From NCBI RefSeq assembly GCF_018350175.1, contig NC_058368.1, positions 237,710,001 to 237,774,000 of the forward strand: DNA of 64,000 nt, given 5' to 3'. Position 1 is the first letter of the stretch; each line of letters opens with the position of its first letter. The position numbers were made by a program, and so were the translations under genes. The stretch comes from Felis catus (taxonomy: Eukaryota). Positions 62,600-64,000 of the stretch are shown one piece after another. A model generated the notes under the pieces. It worked only from the letters and a program-made list of their open reading frames with translations, was not told the origin of the DNA and made no database searches.

Positions 62600-63064
62600 G
62601 CATCTCACTATCACTTCCGGGGCTGGGGTTGGGCATCTCCTCACCACTTCCGGGGCTGGGGGCACCTAGGCACCACTTCTGGGGCTGGGGCTGGGCATCT
62701 CACCATCACTTCCGGGACTGGGGTTGGGCATCTCGCCACCACTTCCGGGGCTGGGGTTGGGTATCTCACCATCACTTCCGGGGCTGGGCCATCTCGCCAC
62801 CACTTCCGGGGCTGGGGGCATCTCCCCACCACTTCCGGGGCTGGGGGCACCTAGGCACCACTTCTGGGGCTGGGGCTGGGCATCTCACCATCACTTCCGG
62901 GACTGGGGTTGGGCATCTCGCCACCACTTCCGGGGCTGAGGGCACCTAGGCACCACTTCTAGGGCTGGGGCTGGGCATCTCGCCACCACTTCCGGGGCTG
63001 GGGTTGGGTATCTCGCCATCACTTCCGGGGGTGGGCCATCTCGCCACCACTTCTGGGCTGGGCA
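62600..63064. repeat. Minisatellite, 15 units of 28-33 bp
   Basis: Unit close to GGGCATCTCGCCACCACTTCCGGGGCTGGGGTT. ACTTC anchors run from 62613 to 63049. Confidence 0.97.
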
Positions 63065-63249
63065 CACTGAACGTAAGCGCTTGTGGGTCGCGGCTGCCCG
63101 CTGAGGCTGCTGCCGGGCCTCCCCGCCCCGCCCCTGCGCCCAGCGCCCTGTGAACATGCCCCTGTGTCCCTCCCTGAAGCCAGGCGCCAGGGGAGAGCAG
63201 GAGGGGGACGGGCCCGGCCCGGGGTGAGCAGAGGAAACCACACGCTTCC

Positions 63250-63652
63250 TGCGCAAGGCAGCCAGACCCGGCAGCTCAGAAGAACAGAACTCGCGTCACG
63301 GCTCTGGACACCGGAAATCCGCAGCTACGTGTGGGCGGGGCCGGGTCCTTCTGAGACTCCGAGGGGCGTCTGTTGCACGTCTCTGTCCAGCTGCCGGTGG
63401 TCTCCGGCCACCTGGGTGCCCCTTAGCTTGTGAAGCCACCACCCCCGTGTGTGCCCTCACGGTCACCTGCTTCTCTGCATCTGGGTCCACACTGCCCTTC
63501 TTACGAGGGGTCGGGGCCCATCAGTCCAGCTCAACTCGTCCTAACTAATGACACTTGCGGTGACCTTTTTTTCAGATCAAGTCACCGTCTGAGGTCCTGG
63601 GAGTTACGACTTCATGTAGGAGTGTGCTGGGGGGACACGGTGCCCCCGTGAT
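63250..63652 (-). mobile_element. MaLR LTR (MLT1C/D-like), GC-shifted
   Basis: TCACGGCTCTGGACACCGGAAATCCG...CCTTAGCTTGTGAAGC...CTCGTCCTAACTAATGACACTTGC...CAAGTCACCGTCTGAGGTCCTGGGAGTTACGACTTCA...GGGGGGACAC. Confidence 0.75.
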
Positions 63653-64000
63653 ATGCAGGGGCAAACACCCAGGCATGGAGATAGGCCATATTGTAACGCA
63701 ATCCTTGAGAAGGTCGAAATCCACGCAAAAACCCGAGGCAGACAAAACACAAACACAGGATCAGTATTGCTGACTTCTCCGGCCCTGGGCGCTGGCAGGT
63801 ACCCGCTGGGTCCTGGTCCCCGTCCTACCTCTGTTTGCAAAGGTGGTACTTTGTTAAGACGCACGTTGGTTTGCATTAATTTTCATTTTCTAAAATACCA
63901 CGTTGAAAATTATCGCTCTCGATGACTGAGATGGTTGGTGCCCAAGGCAAGTGCCTTGCTTGCCTGGGTCCCCCCGGGTGCTGACGGAGCTCAGCCCGAT

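Noticed and set aside
4194..63064. CRISPR-like appearance of the tandem arrays at 4.2, 55.7 and 62.6 kb
   Set aside because: Head-to-tail repeats without unique spacers, no cas genes, and mammalian context.
1..64000. Assigning a named locus or host gene
   Set aside because: The layout fits several subtelomeric developmental-gene deserts or giant introns, but I recognised no exon or miRNA, so any gene name would be a guess.

Overview
Mammalian genomic DNA, almost certainly a felid. It carries 17 tRNA-derived CanSINEs, several with the diagnostic sequence of the young Felidae SINEC_Fc subfamily. The window is GC- and CpG-rich and minisatellite-rich, resembling a subtelomeric gene desert or a very large intron. 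I find no protein-coding exon, RNA gene or CRISPR array that I can support. The long ORFs in the track come from simple repeats, GC-richness or decayed L1. The window starts inside a CpG island (1-1760) that encloses an AT-rich, motif-dense candidate enhancer. Next come a GATA-type repeat tract and a 4 x 42-bp minisatellite whose units each carry a CTCF-like core. The rest is unique sequence with AT-rich enhancer-like islands, old repeats (L1M, L2, MIR, MLT1, MER33, a Tigger MITE), CanSINEs and several VNTRs. The best leads are two minisatellites that multiply transcription-factor motifs: the CTCF/GC-box array at 4194-4361 and the 15-unit ETS/GABP array at 62600-63064. Their function is inference only. 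Repeat family names come from my recall of consensus sequences, not from a database search, and the boundaries of old repeats are approximate. I cannot identify the locus or any host gene.
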